A stretch of 64,000 nt of DNA from NCBI RefSeq assembly GCF_009914755.1, contig NC_060925.1; one strand, given 5' to 3'. The DNA is from the human T2T-CHM13v2.0 reference genome, Homo sapiens. The position numbers and the translations under genes were made by a program. Positions 18,169 to 30,584 of the stretch are shown here, in pieces. Within the stretch, counting starts at the first letter, position 1. Each line of letters begins with the position of its first letter. The notes beneath the pieces were generated by a model, which searched no databases, was not told the DNA's origin, and saw only the letters and a program-made list of their open reading frames with translations.

Positions 18169-19194
18169 TGTGAAAGAAAAATAAATCTTGGGGCTCCAAA
18201 ATCACTACGCTAAAGGGAATAGTCAAGCTAGGAGCTGCTTACAGCAAACCTGCCTCCCATTCTATTCAAAGTCACCCCTCTGCTCAGAGATAAATGCGTA
18301 TCTGATTGCCTCCTTTGGAGAGGCCAATCAGAAACTCAAAAGAATGCAACTATTCATCTCTTATCTACCTATGACTTGGAAGCCCACTCCCTGCTTCAAG
18401 TTGTCCCACCTTTGCTTCAAGTTGTCCAGCCTTTTCTGGACAGAACCAGTGTTTATCTTACATATATTGACTGATGTCTCATGTCTCTCTAAAACATATA
18501 AAACCAAGCTGTGCTCTTGAAGTGGCCTCATCGTCTGGGGTGACACCCGAGGTTCGTTGTCTCACGGCCATAAAGATAAAGAACATGGACACAAAAGGGT
18601 GAGGTTTAGAGCAGAAATTTAATAGGTGAAAGAAAGTGAACAGCTCTCTGCTACAGAGAGGGGTCCCAGAAAAATGGGTTGCCGATTCACAGTTTGGATA
18701 CAGAGGCTTTTATAAGAAATCAATAGTGGGCTGCTCATCTCATTTGCAAAAGGCATGCATTTCTGGTAGTTCCACCCCATCATCCTCATGCACGGGCTCT
18801 TAGTTTGAGTTATTCCATGTTGTTTTGTTACCCTTACTGCACATGTGTCAAGGGGTGGAATTTTCCCTTGCAGGCATGCCTGGGCAAGTCTCTTATGTAG
18901 TCTTTCTTATCTGTGTGGCTGTGGGGATGTCTTAGGCAAGCCCCCTGGGAAATTTCCCTTATCTGTGCCTGCAACTTGATTTTTCAGGCTGTTCTTTTGT
19001 TTGAAAGAATTTAACCAAGGACTCGTCTTAAGAATCTGCCTAATCCGTTTCTTCCTTTCTCCTGTCTCACCCTAACCATCTTGGGCACAAGTCATCAGAA
19101 CCTCCTGGGGCTATGTCATGGGCACACATCCTCAACCTTGGCAAAATAAACTTTCTAAATTAACTGAAACCTGTCTTTGAGTTTCAGGGTCACA
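18169..19194 (+). mobile_element. MER4A-type ERV1 solo LTR, split by a second LTR
   Basis: tgtgaaagaaaaataaatcttgggg...aaccaagctgtgctct, then cctaaccatcttgggcac...aataaactttctaaattaactga...caca; flanks aggt/aggg. Confidence 0.9.
18518..19069 (-). mobile_element. ERV1 solo LTR of the LTR9/MER61-like group, nested in MER4A
   Basis: TG...CA ends; 4-bp TSD ctct/ccct; its 3' end on the minus strand (gggtgtcaccccagacgatgaggccacttca) resembles the end of the LTR at 26305-26942. Confidence 0.85.
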
Positions 19195-20674
19195 AGGGTA
19201 ATGGCCAGCCAATGTTTTTTGAGCCCTATAAGGGAATAGGCAAGTCAGAGAGGAGGTGGAAGAGGTCTCAGCATTCAGCATCCAGTCTGCATGTTTATTT
19301 TTCTGTTTGGGGATGGTATTCCCACCCTCAGTCACTAAGGGTTTTCATAGCCCACAAAACCTCTGTTTTTGCGTCTCCAGAGAATGAAGTGCAAATGTCT
19401 GCTGAGATAAAATCATGTGGTCAGTTAGTCAAGGTGTTGGAAAGAATTCTAGGCATCTAGTTTCTTAAATAACTTCTGACTGACTCTCTGTAGTTTAATT
19501 CTTCCTTCCAGTTATTCTGTGATGTTTGATGTCCCCCGTTCCTGAACCACCTGGAAATTCTGTGTATGGATTGTGTTGTCTCTTGGCTTTTGTCATTGCT
19601 GATTTAGGATTTGGCTTTTTGCTTTTGTTTTGCTTTGTTTTGTTCTTTCCTGATAGGTCAGTTCAAACTTGTATATCTGCTTTTCAGAATCTAAACGTTT
19701 GATGCTGTTGCCTCCTCTCTGTTCCCTCCATTCTTGCGGGTTTATGTCTAGTTAAAAACAATCCATTTATAGTAGTTTCAGCGGGGTTTGCAGAGGGAAG
19801 AGATTAGATGCATTTTTACTCTGCCACCTGTATTCTGAAGTCCTCTCTCTGAACTTTTTGAAATCTGCTTTTCTAAAGCACAGAGCACATTCTGGTGAGA
19901 CCCAGGTCTCCCACCTGATGATCACAGTCTCTAAGAGTGCATGTTCATCACATCCCAGAGTTCTTGTCTTTTCTACCGCACTGAATCTGTTCTCTGTGTT
20001 TACTTGTATTGTAGCTATGGTAACAGTTCCCTTCATTACTTACTCAAACTTCAGAGAGATAAAAGAGAAGGAGTCACAGCATCTTTGTGCAAAATATGCC
20101 TCGTTTTCTGGGAAAAGGCTTGTTTCAGAAGAGAAGACAGTGGTGAGTCACAGAAGATATGAGGGAATGGAACACAGTAATTTCTACTGATTACAGAGAG
20201 GTTAAGAACCTCCCACAACCAACAACAACTTTGCTGGTGTTAATGCTGGCTAGTAGTTTTCTTTGGGACTTAATCTCAAAAGATGCTTCTCACTGTAGAG
20301 AACTGAGCAGTATGTATGCAAAGAGTTATAAAGATATATGGATCTGCTTCTATCCAAATTATACTTGAGGTGAAAAGGAAATCCTTTACTAATTCTGCAG
20401 ACTTTAGGAAATGTACAGAGCATTATTTTCTGGTGCCTTAGGAGAGAAAAAATAATTCCTAAACATTAAGAAAATCTGAATATCATTTCCCCTCACCCAA
20501 CACTTCTGTAACCTATCTCCTTGTCACTTGGGTGAACCAGGGGTGCCCAGTGAAACTTTGCCCAGCCTTGGACTGGGAGCACATGCTGGTCAACTCTCAA
20601 GAGCATCTTAATCGGACCTTAATTATATGTGGACTCTAAAATGACAAACTTCTCAAAACAAAAGGGAAAATGCT

Positions 20675-21082
20675 GGTAGCCGGGCCTGAGATGTGGGAGA
20701 AATGGGAACATATTGGTCAAATGGTTCAAACTTTCAGTTACAAGTTCTGGGCATCTAATGTACAGCATTAGTTGCAGGCACAGATAAGGAAACTTTCCCA
20801 GGGGGCTTGCCTAAGACATCCCCACAGCCACACAGATAGGAAAGACTACAGTTAATACAGTATCATATACTTGAAAATTGCTAGCAGAGTAGAACTTAAG
20901 TGTTCCTGACACACAAACACAATGGTAACTATGTGAGTTTACAGATGTGTTAACTAACTTCATGTTGGTACTCATTTCACAATTTATGTGTATATGTATA
21001 TCAAATTATCACATTGTGAACCTTGAATATGTACAATTTTTATTTGTCACTTAATTATACCCCAATAAAACTGGAAAAAAAA
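20675..21082 (+). mobile_element. L1MA-type 3' end fragment carrying an 81-bp foreign insert
   Basis: ttggtcaaa...ctttcagtta...tctaatgtacagcat...gttaat...tacttgaaa...aataaaactggaaaaaaa. Confidence 0.85.
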
Positions 21083-21245
21083 TTGTCCTTAACTTGTCTA
21101 TTCTCCCTAATGAAAATAAACTATATTATACCATAGATAGGTTGCTTTTTATATACCAATTATTTTCTGTGTAGGGAATAAGAGAGTGAAACTGTAATTT
21201 CCATTTTGTGGTCATGTCTATGTTAGCTGCAATCTGATAGAACAG

Positions 21246-21666
21246 TGATATTGTTTGAATATTTGTCCCTTCCAAATCTCATGTTGAAATTTGACCCCCA
21301 GTGTTGGAGGTGAGACCTAGTGAAAGATGCTTGGGTTATGGGGGTGAATCTCTCATTAATGGCTTAGCACCTTCTCTGAGTCAATGAGTGAGTTCTTGCT
21401 CTATTAATTCTTGTGAGAGATGGTTGTTTTAAAAAGCCTGGCACATCCTTTCTCTCCTGCTCTCTGTCTCTCTTTCCATGCGACAAGCTAGCTTCCCCTC
21501 CCCTTCCACCATGACTGAAAGCTTCCTGAAGCCCTCACCAGAAGCAGATGCTGGCGCCATGCTTCTTGTACAGCCTGCAGAACCATAAGCTAAATAAGGA
21601 TCTTTTCTTTATAAATTACCCTGTCTCAGGTATTTCCTTCGTAGCAATGCCACACAGACAAATACA
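21246..21666 (+). mobile_element. MSTB-type MaLR solo LTR
   Basis: tgatattgtttgaat...ccaaatctcatgttgaa...cagcctgcagaacc...aataca; 5-bp TSD aacag/aatag. Confidence 0.9.
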
Positions 21667-22854
21667 AATAGTAATTTTAGTTTTTAGTCATTAATTTCCT
21701 CAGCCTATTCATCTGGATCTAGTCAAAGTCCATTGTTCCTTTGCATGCTCCAAAAGCATGCGAGAACTCAGAATGTTATCATAACCCTCTTATTTCTCTC
21801 CACACAGATTGTGAGCAACCTCCTCCCCTCTCTCAGTTTCTGTCACCACTAAGGTAGATTCACATCTCTCATGCTCTCTCACCGTGACCCACTCTCTTGT
21901 CTAATGCCCCTTCATGTTCAGCACTAGTATTTGAGTTCTTGCCTTAGAACTTTATAAGCACATTTTATACCCCACAAAGAAGAAACCATGCTCACAAATA
22001 CAGTAAAGTATTGGCTTTGAAATCAAGCTTTAAATTCTGCCAAGAAAGGAAGTGTGACCAAGTATGACTGGTATATGTCCTTGAACAGGTCGCTTCCTAT
22101 TCCTAAAACTCTGTTTCAAAACACACAGCTCTTCCTCTAGCGAACACAGGCAGATAATTAATATTAGCTAAAATTAACATTTAGAAATGCTAATATAAAT
22201 TGATAAATAATTATAATATTTTAAAAGTAAATAAATAGGATCCACATTCTTTCAACAGACTAAAAAGTAAAGGTAATTTTTATTTTGTCTCCATAGGTTA
22301 AACTGGCAGGCAATACATTTCATTCTCTGCAACCAATGTGTAGAACTCTTTGGTTTGTGAAATATGAGTATGTTTTTGAAAGTTGCATGTGTCAAATAAC
22401 ACATTCATTACTGCTAATGGAGTTCAAGCTAAGTATCTTTTTATTGGTTAGGCTTGAAGCCTTTTCATTAAAAGATTTACTGTCTCATCAATTGCAGAAT
22501 GAATAGCTATGCATTGTTTCCAAATAACTAATAATGATAAACATCTTAGATAAAAATTTAGCCAACCCAATGTGCCCAATCATAAGAAAAGACGTTAGCA
22601 TTTAACTTTAAAATGACCTTTTATTCTATCACTAGCAGTTCATCACAGTTAAAATTTAATTCATTTCTTACCTGGCCATGGTGAAAATATAAGATAATGG
22701 CCTATAAGATGGCAAGTCACAGTAGAGAAGTAGGGAGGAAAAAAGCCAGAGGAACATGGGGGCAACCTAAAACATTGAACGGAATCTTTTCTTAGGTTGT
22801 TTTTAGGAGTTTAGTAATTGAGAGTGTTGCCTAATATTGAGAAAGGAAACTGTA

Positions 22855-23150
22855 CAGATTAAATGCTTACTGTATCCCAGTCATAAGGACAAAACGCAGA
22901 ATAAGACAGACATTATCCTTGAGAACTCACTATTAGTAAAATGAATGACTGTGATTCAGAATGATAGGTGCAAGAACTCATTGTACCTGAGTTTCAGGTA
23001 TATTGTAGAACAAAAAGGGAGCTTTCCATGAAGTATTTGTGTGGGCTTTCATAAGGATTCTGAAGGAACAGCATTTAATAAGGCAATTGAATAAACTAAT
23101 TTAGTGGAAAGATGTTAAAATGGAAGAGGGAGGAAAACAAGTTTGAAGAA
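22855..23150 (-). mobile_element. L2 3' fragment
   Basis: aaatgcttactgtatcccag...aataagacagacatt...ccttgagaactcac pattern. Confidence 0.45.
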
Positions 23151-26009
23151 TTATCATTGTGAACTGCTTTGAAACTGTTAAGCAACCAGCACTGCAGAAA
23201 AGAATTCAAGAATGATGATTACATGCACTTTTTTTGGTTTCCCTTTGACAATTTCTTGCTAGCAATGATGTCAAACAAAAATATAATTTCTATCTGGACT
23301 CATTGTTTTACATATGGCTGCTTGATACTGCCAAGCAGAGCTAATGACTGAATATCACTGAGAAAGCCACGCTGATTGTGAAAGCATTCATCCCGAAAGC
23401 TTTGCTCTTAAAGCACTGCACTTTCTGCAAACGTGCAGTTCCTTTGTGTCTCAAATACTTACTTCATCTTTTCTCTGTTTCTTCTTACATCTCTAACCCT
23501 ATTTTTTTCTTCATTCTGTCTTTTTCTTTGCTACATTTATTACCTATTTACCACCTGCTTCTTGCCTCCATATTTGACATATTATCCTCTATGTGTCCTG
23601 CTCAGGAGAAGCCTAGTAAGATAATTACACAAGATGGGCAATGAACAGGAGGCCATATACTGTGTCCCTCTGCTACGTCCAACCACATCCCCCAACTATG
23701 CTGTCCTAGCTCTCTAGTGTCCCTTAACTTGGGCTAAGGACAAAAAGAGAACAATCAATACCACTCAAATTGTTGAAGGTGGGAAGAATACAGGTAGAAC
23801 TTTGCCTACCACCTAGATAAATATACAATTACCCCAGTGTCTATCTCCTTTATTCAACTTTTCTCTCTCTTTGTACACTTTTATTTTCCTCCCTTTTAGA
23901 GTCATTGTAAAATCTGCCTTTAAAGAAAATCAAAAGTGAGATCATAGCCTTCTCACATATTGCTCCACTTTTGCAGGTCCCCTGACATTAAAGAAAGTGT
24001 CAGCACCAATCTTCTTTTCTGGAATCATTGATTTTTTAATCCCATATTCTTTCACCCACAGCTACTAATTGCAGCTGTCTGTCACTCTGGGTTGGACAGG
24101 GGAACAAAGGCTATCATTTCAGTGAGTGAATATGATGACATGCAAGGCTGCAAAGAGGCACCATGATTGAATTCTGCATTCAGCCAATTTTTCCAGTGAT
24201 CACATTTTAGATTTACCTAACCAGCTACATGCCAACCAGTTTAGTTCAATGAAGACACACAAAGCATGCATAACCTTGTTGTAGGCCTCTTCCTTTTCCC
24301 CTGTTTGTTTTAATCTCTGGGAGTTCTCTGTGTATCACCTTTATTGTCAGCACTTTAACTCTCCTTTTCTTTCAGCTTATGTTTCGCACAGGAGATATGA
24401 AATAAAAACCAGAATTATTACATAAACAAAGCTTCACTGAAGTTCTGTTGTACATATTTTTCATTTACTGAAAGCAGGGGGTGCTATATGCAAAGAAATC
24501 AGCTAGAGTAAGCAGGTAGAATTTCTAAAGACAGGCACCTGAAGACATTTATAGTGTCCCATTATAGAAGTGCTTTAAAATGTATCATTTCTTCCAGGTT
24601 CTGCCAAATGTACAATGATGCATGTCCTTACTGAGATATACAGACAGCAAATGTCACACACATATTCTTCTCATCGAAGAAGCAATGTGTTGTAACTAAT
24701 AATGATTTCTCCAAATCACAGATTAATTGGTGTGCAATTAATTTAGCATATCTCAAACACAGCGGAGTATCCTCCACCTGAATTCATCTACAGTAATAAA
24801 ACATTTTGTAGAGAATATTATTGCTCGGATGTCCAGATATTACCTTTCTCAATAAAGACTCTAATCCTCCCTTAAATAGATAAATAAGAAGTTAGAGAAA
24901 ATTGACCAGAAAAAAATTTTTAAAAACATATCTCTTTACTTTTCCTTCCAAATAACTGACATCTTTTGAATTTTTTTCTTCAAATGGTTACATTTTTTTA
25001 ATATCTCACTATACAATTTGAAACAGATAAAAGGAAAAAAAGTGCAATAAACACATAATTTGCAAGCACAAAAGGTAAAATGTAGTACAGGGTATTACAT
25101 AATTTCAAAAGCTTCCTAAAAGAGCATAACTACGAACTTTGAAAGGTCAATTGATATTGAAGTGTTTTGACATGCCACATGGATAAAAAGCCTCAAGGAC
25201 AGACAATTTGACTTGTTCAAAAAAAGGTATTATTTCTTTAAAACATTCACTTTCAATACTTTCCCATATTACAGTTATCTGTACAAGATAGATATGTAAG
25301 ACACTTTAAAAAGCTTCTTTGCAGCAAGCAAAGTCCAACATCCAAAATGAATTATCCAAGATGAAGCATTCATTTTTAAGTGCTATAGTCTTGCCAGACA
25401 TTCTGAAGATGCCAAAGTAAATTTGGATGTTTGGAGGGAATAGAAGAAGAAAAGTCAGAGCAATGAGAATACATTTCCGGGTCTAGTTCATAGATTCTAC
25501 AATCTAAATGCAATGCAATATTTTTTCCAAAGTTCAAAATGTCAATAAATTTGATAATTAAGGTCACCTATTAATAATGATCTAACCAATAATATTGAGT
25601 TCATGATAAATAGGAATATGTGCTTATTGGTGCACTTTGTATTTATTAAGTTTCTCTGTCTGGTGGACTACTTTAATACCTAGTGATAAATTCATTCAGT
25701 TGCTTACTTACCGAGGGACTGCACTACAGCATAGAGCCACCAGCCTACTGACTCAACACTCCTGGAAAGTTAAAGCAAAACAAAACAAAATACCAGAGTA
25801 ATAAAACAAGAGCAAAGAAAAAAATGATGTTTATTTGTGGTGACTTTTGGCCAGCGTGCAAGAAAAAGATGCTGTGTTTGCTACTGATTTTAATTCCTGA
25901 AGTCTTAAGAACAATAATTCCCATCGAGACAAATCAAGAGGTATATAACATGTTATATCTTCAAAATATTTACCTATATGCCATAAAATACATTTATTCC
26001 TGGATAAAT

Positions 26010-26190
26010 GATAACTGAATGTGTCTACTTTATGAAACATCATGCTCGCTCCTTTGAGTGTAGTAAAGAGAAATGGAGAGATAAAGAAGACGCATTTCAT
26101 GTCCTCAAGGGTTGTTATAGTCTGACAGAAGAAACCAAATCATACAAATGTGCAACCAAATAATACAACTGCATGACAGAGGAAGAGAAA
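26010..26190 (-). mobile_element. L2 3' fragment
   Basis: actgaatgtgtctactttatg...tgtcctcaagg...tatagtct pattern. Confidence 0.45.
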
Positions 26191-26238
26191 AGCCAATTTT
26201 TGAATGTGACCTGATTAGAACAATTGTGGCATAGTGGG

Positions 26239-26242
<4 letters not shown>

Positions 26243-26282
<40 letters not shown>
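26243..26282. repeat. (AC)20 microsatellite
   Basis: Perfect dinucleotide run. Confidence 0.95.
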
Positions 26283-26284
<2 letters not shown>

Positions 26285-26304
26285 AAATCATAATTCTCTG
26301 GGTT

Positions 26305-26942
26305 TGATACAGGAGGTAGAAATAAATTATTTAGGCAGAGAGTGAGGGCAACAGAGTTCTTGGCAGAATTTCCCTTCTAACAAAAAGCATCCCCCCAAAT
26401 AATTTCTTTTCTAACAAAGAGCAGCCTGAAAATTGAGCTGCAAACATAGATAAGCAAGCTGGAAGCTTGTATAGGGGAATGTCGGCAGTTGTACCAATAG
26501 AAAAGGGCTACCTTGGGGCCAGGCATGTCCAACGTGGAGGCTCTATCGTCTCTTTTTTTGTTACCATGTATACAGTAATAAAGGAATGGGCAACATGGCC
26601 CAGCTCAAACAGAAAACCCACCTGCATAATAAAAGATTAGGTTGGGGGCTACCAGAGATTTGCACCCTATGCAAATGGCACAACTGGTCTAACCAGTCTT
26701 TTGTGTGCTATATAAATCAGACACTGCCTCCCCACCAGCTCATCTATAAAAGCCCCTGCATTTCATCACAGATCCAGCAACCTATTTTTCCAGGACCTCT
26801 CTCTGCAGCAGAGAGCTATTCTCTTTCTTTAGCTTATTAAACTTCTGCTCTCAACCTCACTCTTTGTGTGTATATGTCCTTGTTCTCTGTGGTCATGGGA
26901 CTACAAACCTTGGGTGTCATTCCAGACAATGAGGCCGTTTCA
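26305..26942 (+). mobile_element. LTR9-type ERV1 solo LTR
   Basis: tgatacaggag...ttatttaggcag...ctataaaa (TATA)...attaaa (polyA)...ccagacaatgaggccgtttca; perfect 4-bp TSD ggtt. Confidence 0.92.
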
Positions 26943-27093
26943 GGTTCAAATATCGGCTCAACATCTTAGTCCTGCAATCTTTGTGCTTTTTCTTAATCTC
27001 TCCGAGTCTATCTCATCAATAAAATAAAAATACAGCTACCTTTCATTGTGTCATTAAGAAGATTAATAAGAAATGTACGTAAATTCACTTATA

Positions 27094-27368
27094 CAGATTG
27101 AGCATTCCTTATCTGAAAATCTGAAATGCTCCAGAATCAAAAAGTATAATATTGACGTGATATCACAAGTATCAAGTAACATTGACATGATACCATGAGT
27201 GGAAAAATCTACACCTGGACTCATGTGACAGGTTGCAGTTAAAACACAGTCAAAACTTTCTTTCATGCACAAAATTGTTTAAAATATTGTATAAGATTAC
27301 CTTCAGACTATTTATATAAGGACTATATGAAATATAAATAAATTTTGTGTTTAGTCTTGGGTCCATTC
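27094..27368. mobile_element. Tigger4b/MER46-like Tc1-mariner-family DNA transposon, one end truncated
   Basis: ta|cagattgagcattcct...gaaatgctcca...ctcatgtgacaggttgcagtt...ttcatgcacaaaatt...ttaccttcag. Confidence 0.8.
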
Positions 27369-27894
27369 AGAAAGGAAAAACATTCCCACATATAACTAAT
27401 ACTTATTGACCACCTACTGCTCTAGGTACTGGAGATATAATAGTGGACAAATAGACCTTCAGTCACAGACCTTACCTTCTAATGGGGCAGGAGGGAAAGT
27501 CAAGAATCAAAGCAGCAAGTGTGCTAGATAGTAATAAATAATGAAGAATGAAAGAAGTAAGAAAGGGGAAACAAATGTTTCGTGGAGATGTAAATTCTTA
27601 TATAGTCTGGAGAGGAGAGGATGCAGTGATAATTAATACTAGAATAAAAATGAAAAGAATTTGAGGGAGAGAGTTGTGCAGATACTTGGAAGAAGAGAAT
27701 TCCAAGCACAGAGAATAACAAATGCAAAGCCCCAAGACAGAAGCAGCTGTTTGAGTAGAAGCATAGTTATCAGTGTTGATAGATGAAGCAAGTAAAAGAG
27801 ACACAAATAGGAGATAAGGTTAGAGAGGTAGCAGGACAAGATGTAAAACATTAGAGACCATCTTACTCTGGGAAAAACAGGAATGGGGCATTGT

Positions 27895-28367
27895 TGAGTT
27901 TATCAGTCACCTACTGTCATAATAATTCAGTGTAATAAATCATCCCTAAAACTGATTGCTTAAAGCAACAATTGTTGGTTCTTACTCATGCATCTTTGTG
28001 TGGCTGGTTGTCAGCGGAATTAAGCTGGGCCCAGATGAGCTTCTTTCAAGATAAAGATTGGGTCCCGATTTATTCTATGTATCTCTTCTACTTCCTGGAC
28101 CCATGGGCTACTCTGACTATGTTCTTTTCACAGCAATGCTAGATGTAGATAGCAGCAAGTGCAAATTTACAAAGGTAGTTAAAGCTTCTAACTAGTGTTG
28201 CATCCACTAACATCTCATTGGCTAATGCAAGTCACATGGCCTGGTTCAAAGTCAAGGACCAGGAACACACAGTGTACTTCTAGTGGGAAAGGTATGAAGT
28301 TATACATCAAAGAGTATGGATACTGAGACTGACTTGACTATTGTAGACTGTAATTCAATCTATCACA
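27895..28367 (-). mobile_element. Old MLT1 (H/I/J-type) MaLR LTR
   Basis: catccactaacatctcattggctaatgcaagtcacatggcc...caaagtcaagg...aatctatcaca. Confidence 0.75.
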
Positions 28368-28525
28368 GATATTCGAGCAGAGGAATTACATGACCAACTT
28401 TCATTTTATCAGGATAATTCTGGCAGCTATTGAAAACAGACTGAAGAGAAGAAAGAAGATTTGGAGGAATATGTATCCAAGATTGATGATGGTGGCTCAG
28501 ATCAGGTTGGTAGCAGTGCAGATGG

Positions 28526-29136
28526 TGTTTGGGGCTCAGGAACTGATATCCCAAAATATGACATTTTGACATCCTGAGCTGAGGAAGCCTCATGGACCCT
28601 CTGCCCTTCCCCACCTCCCACCATCTCTCCCAAAGCCTAGGACGAAGTTGTTCTCTGAAGTTCCTTTTTCTGCCTGAAGTCTGGACCACCAAGGAGAACA
28701 ATTCTTTTTATTTCCCTCAATCTTATCTTCTGATCCATTGCAGAAAAGACCAAGAACATAACCATACCTGAAAAGACCCTTTTACAAGATAATGTCTGTC
28801 TCTCAGACTCATTCAAATTCCAGAGAGAACTATTTACCAGTTAAGCTATGTTCTCCATTCATTCATTCTCCCTAGTAATCATTTATTGCTCATTAACAGA
28901 ATTTCTCTTCTCCCCACCTCCCACAACCTGTTTTGTCAGGATACAAGCCCCCATTCTTTCTCCAAACTCAGGATGGCATATAAACTTGTATACCTCATTG
29001 GGGAGTTGTGTCTTCATTCTGGAGTTTTCCATGTATACATGTTACATATATTTGTAGACTTTTCTCCAGTTAATCGGCCTTTTACAAGTTAATACTTAAG
29101 TGAAACTTTGGGGTCCCAAGGGCCTTGGTTCCTAAA
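28526..29136 (+). mobile_element. MER39-type ERV1 solo LTR
   Basis: tgtttggggctcagga...cccaaaatatg...gaagttgttctctgaagttcc; perfect 4-bp TSD atgg. Confidence 0.85.
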
Positions 29137-29186
29137 ATGGCAAGGAATATTTACATTCAGATTATATTTTGAAATTACAGCATACC

Positions 29187-29688
29187 GGTTATCAAAGAAA
29201 AAATTTCGCCAAATAAATTAAACAGACAAGGAAGACTTTATTCAAAACTGTTGCAATAGGGAAAAAAGATTGAACTTAATTCCACTGAAACAAAAGGTGA
29301 AATAATTTTTAAGCCCTGGAATTAGCTAGTGGAAAAGTGCTGGAGGGTGTTATGGGGAGAGGTTGGTCAATGTGGCTAGATCATCTGTATTTGCTAATTC
29401 AGCTCCTGCCCTCCACTACAGTCTGGGGAACAGGGGCACTATCTCCTTTGATGGTTACATTTCAAAAGGATGGCTCCCAATTCCCTGAGAAAGATATTCC
29501 TGGATTGTAAAATTAGCAATTGTCTGGGAGAAGATTTATTAACATTTCAAAGGGGCAGAGAAAAAATTAGCAATTACAAGTTTTATAAAGTGAATATTCT
29601 AAGAAAAAGAAGACCGGGGGCTATAATCAAGCAAAAACCTCCTTGAGGTTTAGTCAAGCTGAAGGCAATGTTTTGTTCATCTTGGCCA
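29187..29688 (-). mobile_element. MER67-type ERV1 LTR
   Basis: acaaggaagactttattcaa...ttacatttcaaaaggatggctccca...gtttagtcaagctga...catcttggcca. Confidence 0.75.
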
Positions 29689-29694
29689 CCGTCA

Positions 29695-29925
29695 CAGTGA
29701 GAGCATGGACTTGTCCTAAAACTGCCCAGATTGAATTCTGGCACCTCTATTTGATAACTTGTGACCTTGGAGCAGTTACTTAACATCTTTGTATCTTAAT
29801 TTTCTCATCTGTAAAATGGGGATGATGAAGTGCCCAATCCATAGGATTATGCAGGAATTAAAATAGTTAGTATGAACGTACAGGTTTCCTAACAATTGCT
29901 GGCACACAATAAACATTAATTATTC
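29695..29925 (+). mobile_element. MIR
   Basis: gtgaccttggagcagttacttaac...ttttctcatctgtaaaatggggatgat core. Confidence 0.9.
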
Positions 29926-30494
29926 TTAAAGCGAAGTCAACAGATTCTCCTGAGTAGTCAGAGATCAGGTATAAGAGAAAAAGAAAAATTAAGGATAACT
30001 TCAAGGTTTTTGCTCTGAGCTACTGAAAAAATTGAGCTGCCATTTACTGAGTCAGGGAATGTTATAGACACAGGGTTTTATTATATTAGGAAATGGTAAA
30101 TTCAATGAGGATTCAAGTTTATAAGAGTTCAGAAAAAGGATTAAATTAGGTAGTGTAATTTCTCTTTATTCCTTACTAAACTATATATTATATATTGTAT
30201 TTTTAAAGTTCTTAATAGAGTGTTAGGAGACTTTAATATTTATTTTTTCCTTTAACGTGTTCCAAACTAACCATCAGTAATTATAGGCAGAGGGATTAGA
30301 TAATAAATCAGTCAAGGATATTATTTATTGTAAGCCTTAATTACGAGGAACAAAATGCTATGAGAAACTATTAGAAAAACGTTTGATTGTTAACCCTAAC
30401 ATGAATTTATTTGGGCCATTAAGGAATCACTCTTACTTCAGAAAGCAAACCATTTTCTTTGAATGAAGAAAGGTAGGATGTTCTACCTACAAAA

Positions 30495-30584
30495 GCTGTG
30501 CCTTGTTTACTACCATGTCCCCAGCATTCAGAGCAATCCCTGCAACACAGAGAATACTCAATAAATATTTATGGAATGAATGAA
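30495..30584 (+). mobile_element. L2 3' terminus
   Basis: tccccagca...actcaataaatatttatggaatgaatgaa. Confidence 0.75.

Larger units (their letters stand above)
16400..19800 (-). mobile_element. Ancient L1M/HAL1-like LINE remnant, interrupted by MER4A at 18169-19194; boundaries approximate
   Basis: T-rich antisense LINE pattern, e.g. gaaaatgtctttattctactctc...ttttcaattgtcttct. Confidence 0.55.
26226..27085 (+). mobile_element. MIR containing a (CA)n expansion and split by LTR9
   Basis: gtggcatagtgg...ctgggtt on the left; ggttcaaatatcggctc...cttaatctctccgag...ctcatc...gattaa on the right. Confidence 0.6.
27390..30060 (-). mobile_element. L2 element fragmented by four later insertions
   Basis: Pieces at ~27390-27890, 28368-28525, 29137-29186 and 29930-30060 read as one collinear antisense L2 (ttattgaccacctact..., gatgatggtggctcagatcaggttggtagcagtg, aaggataacttcaaggttttt...gagctgccatttactgag). 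Confidence 0.75.

Noticed and set aside
18389-18434. Tandem gcttcaagttgtcc repeat inside MER4A
   Set aside because: As I recall, this doublet is part of the MER4A consensus, so it is not locus-specific
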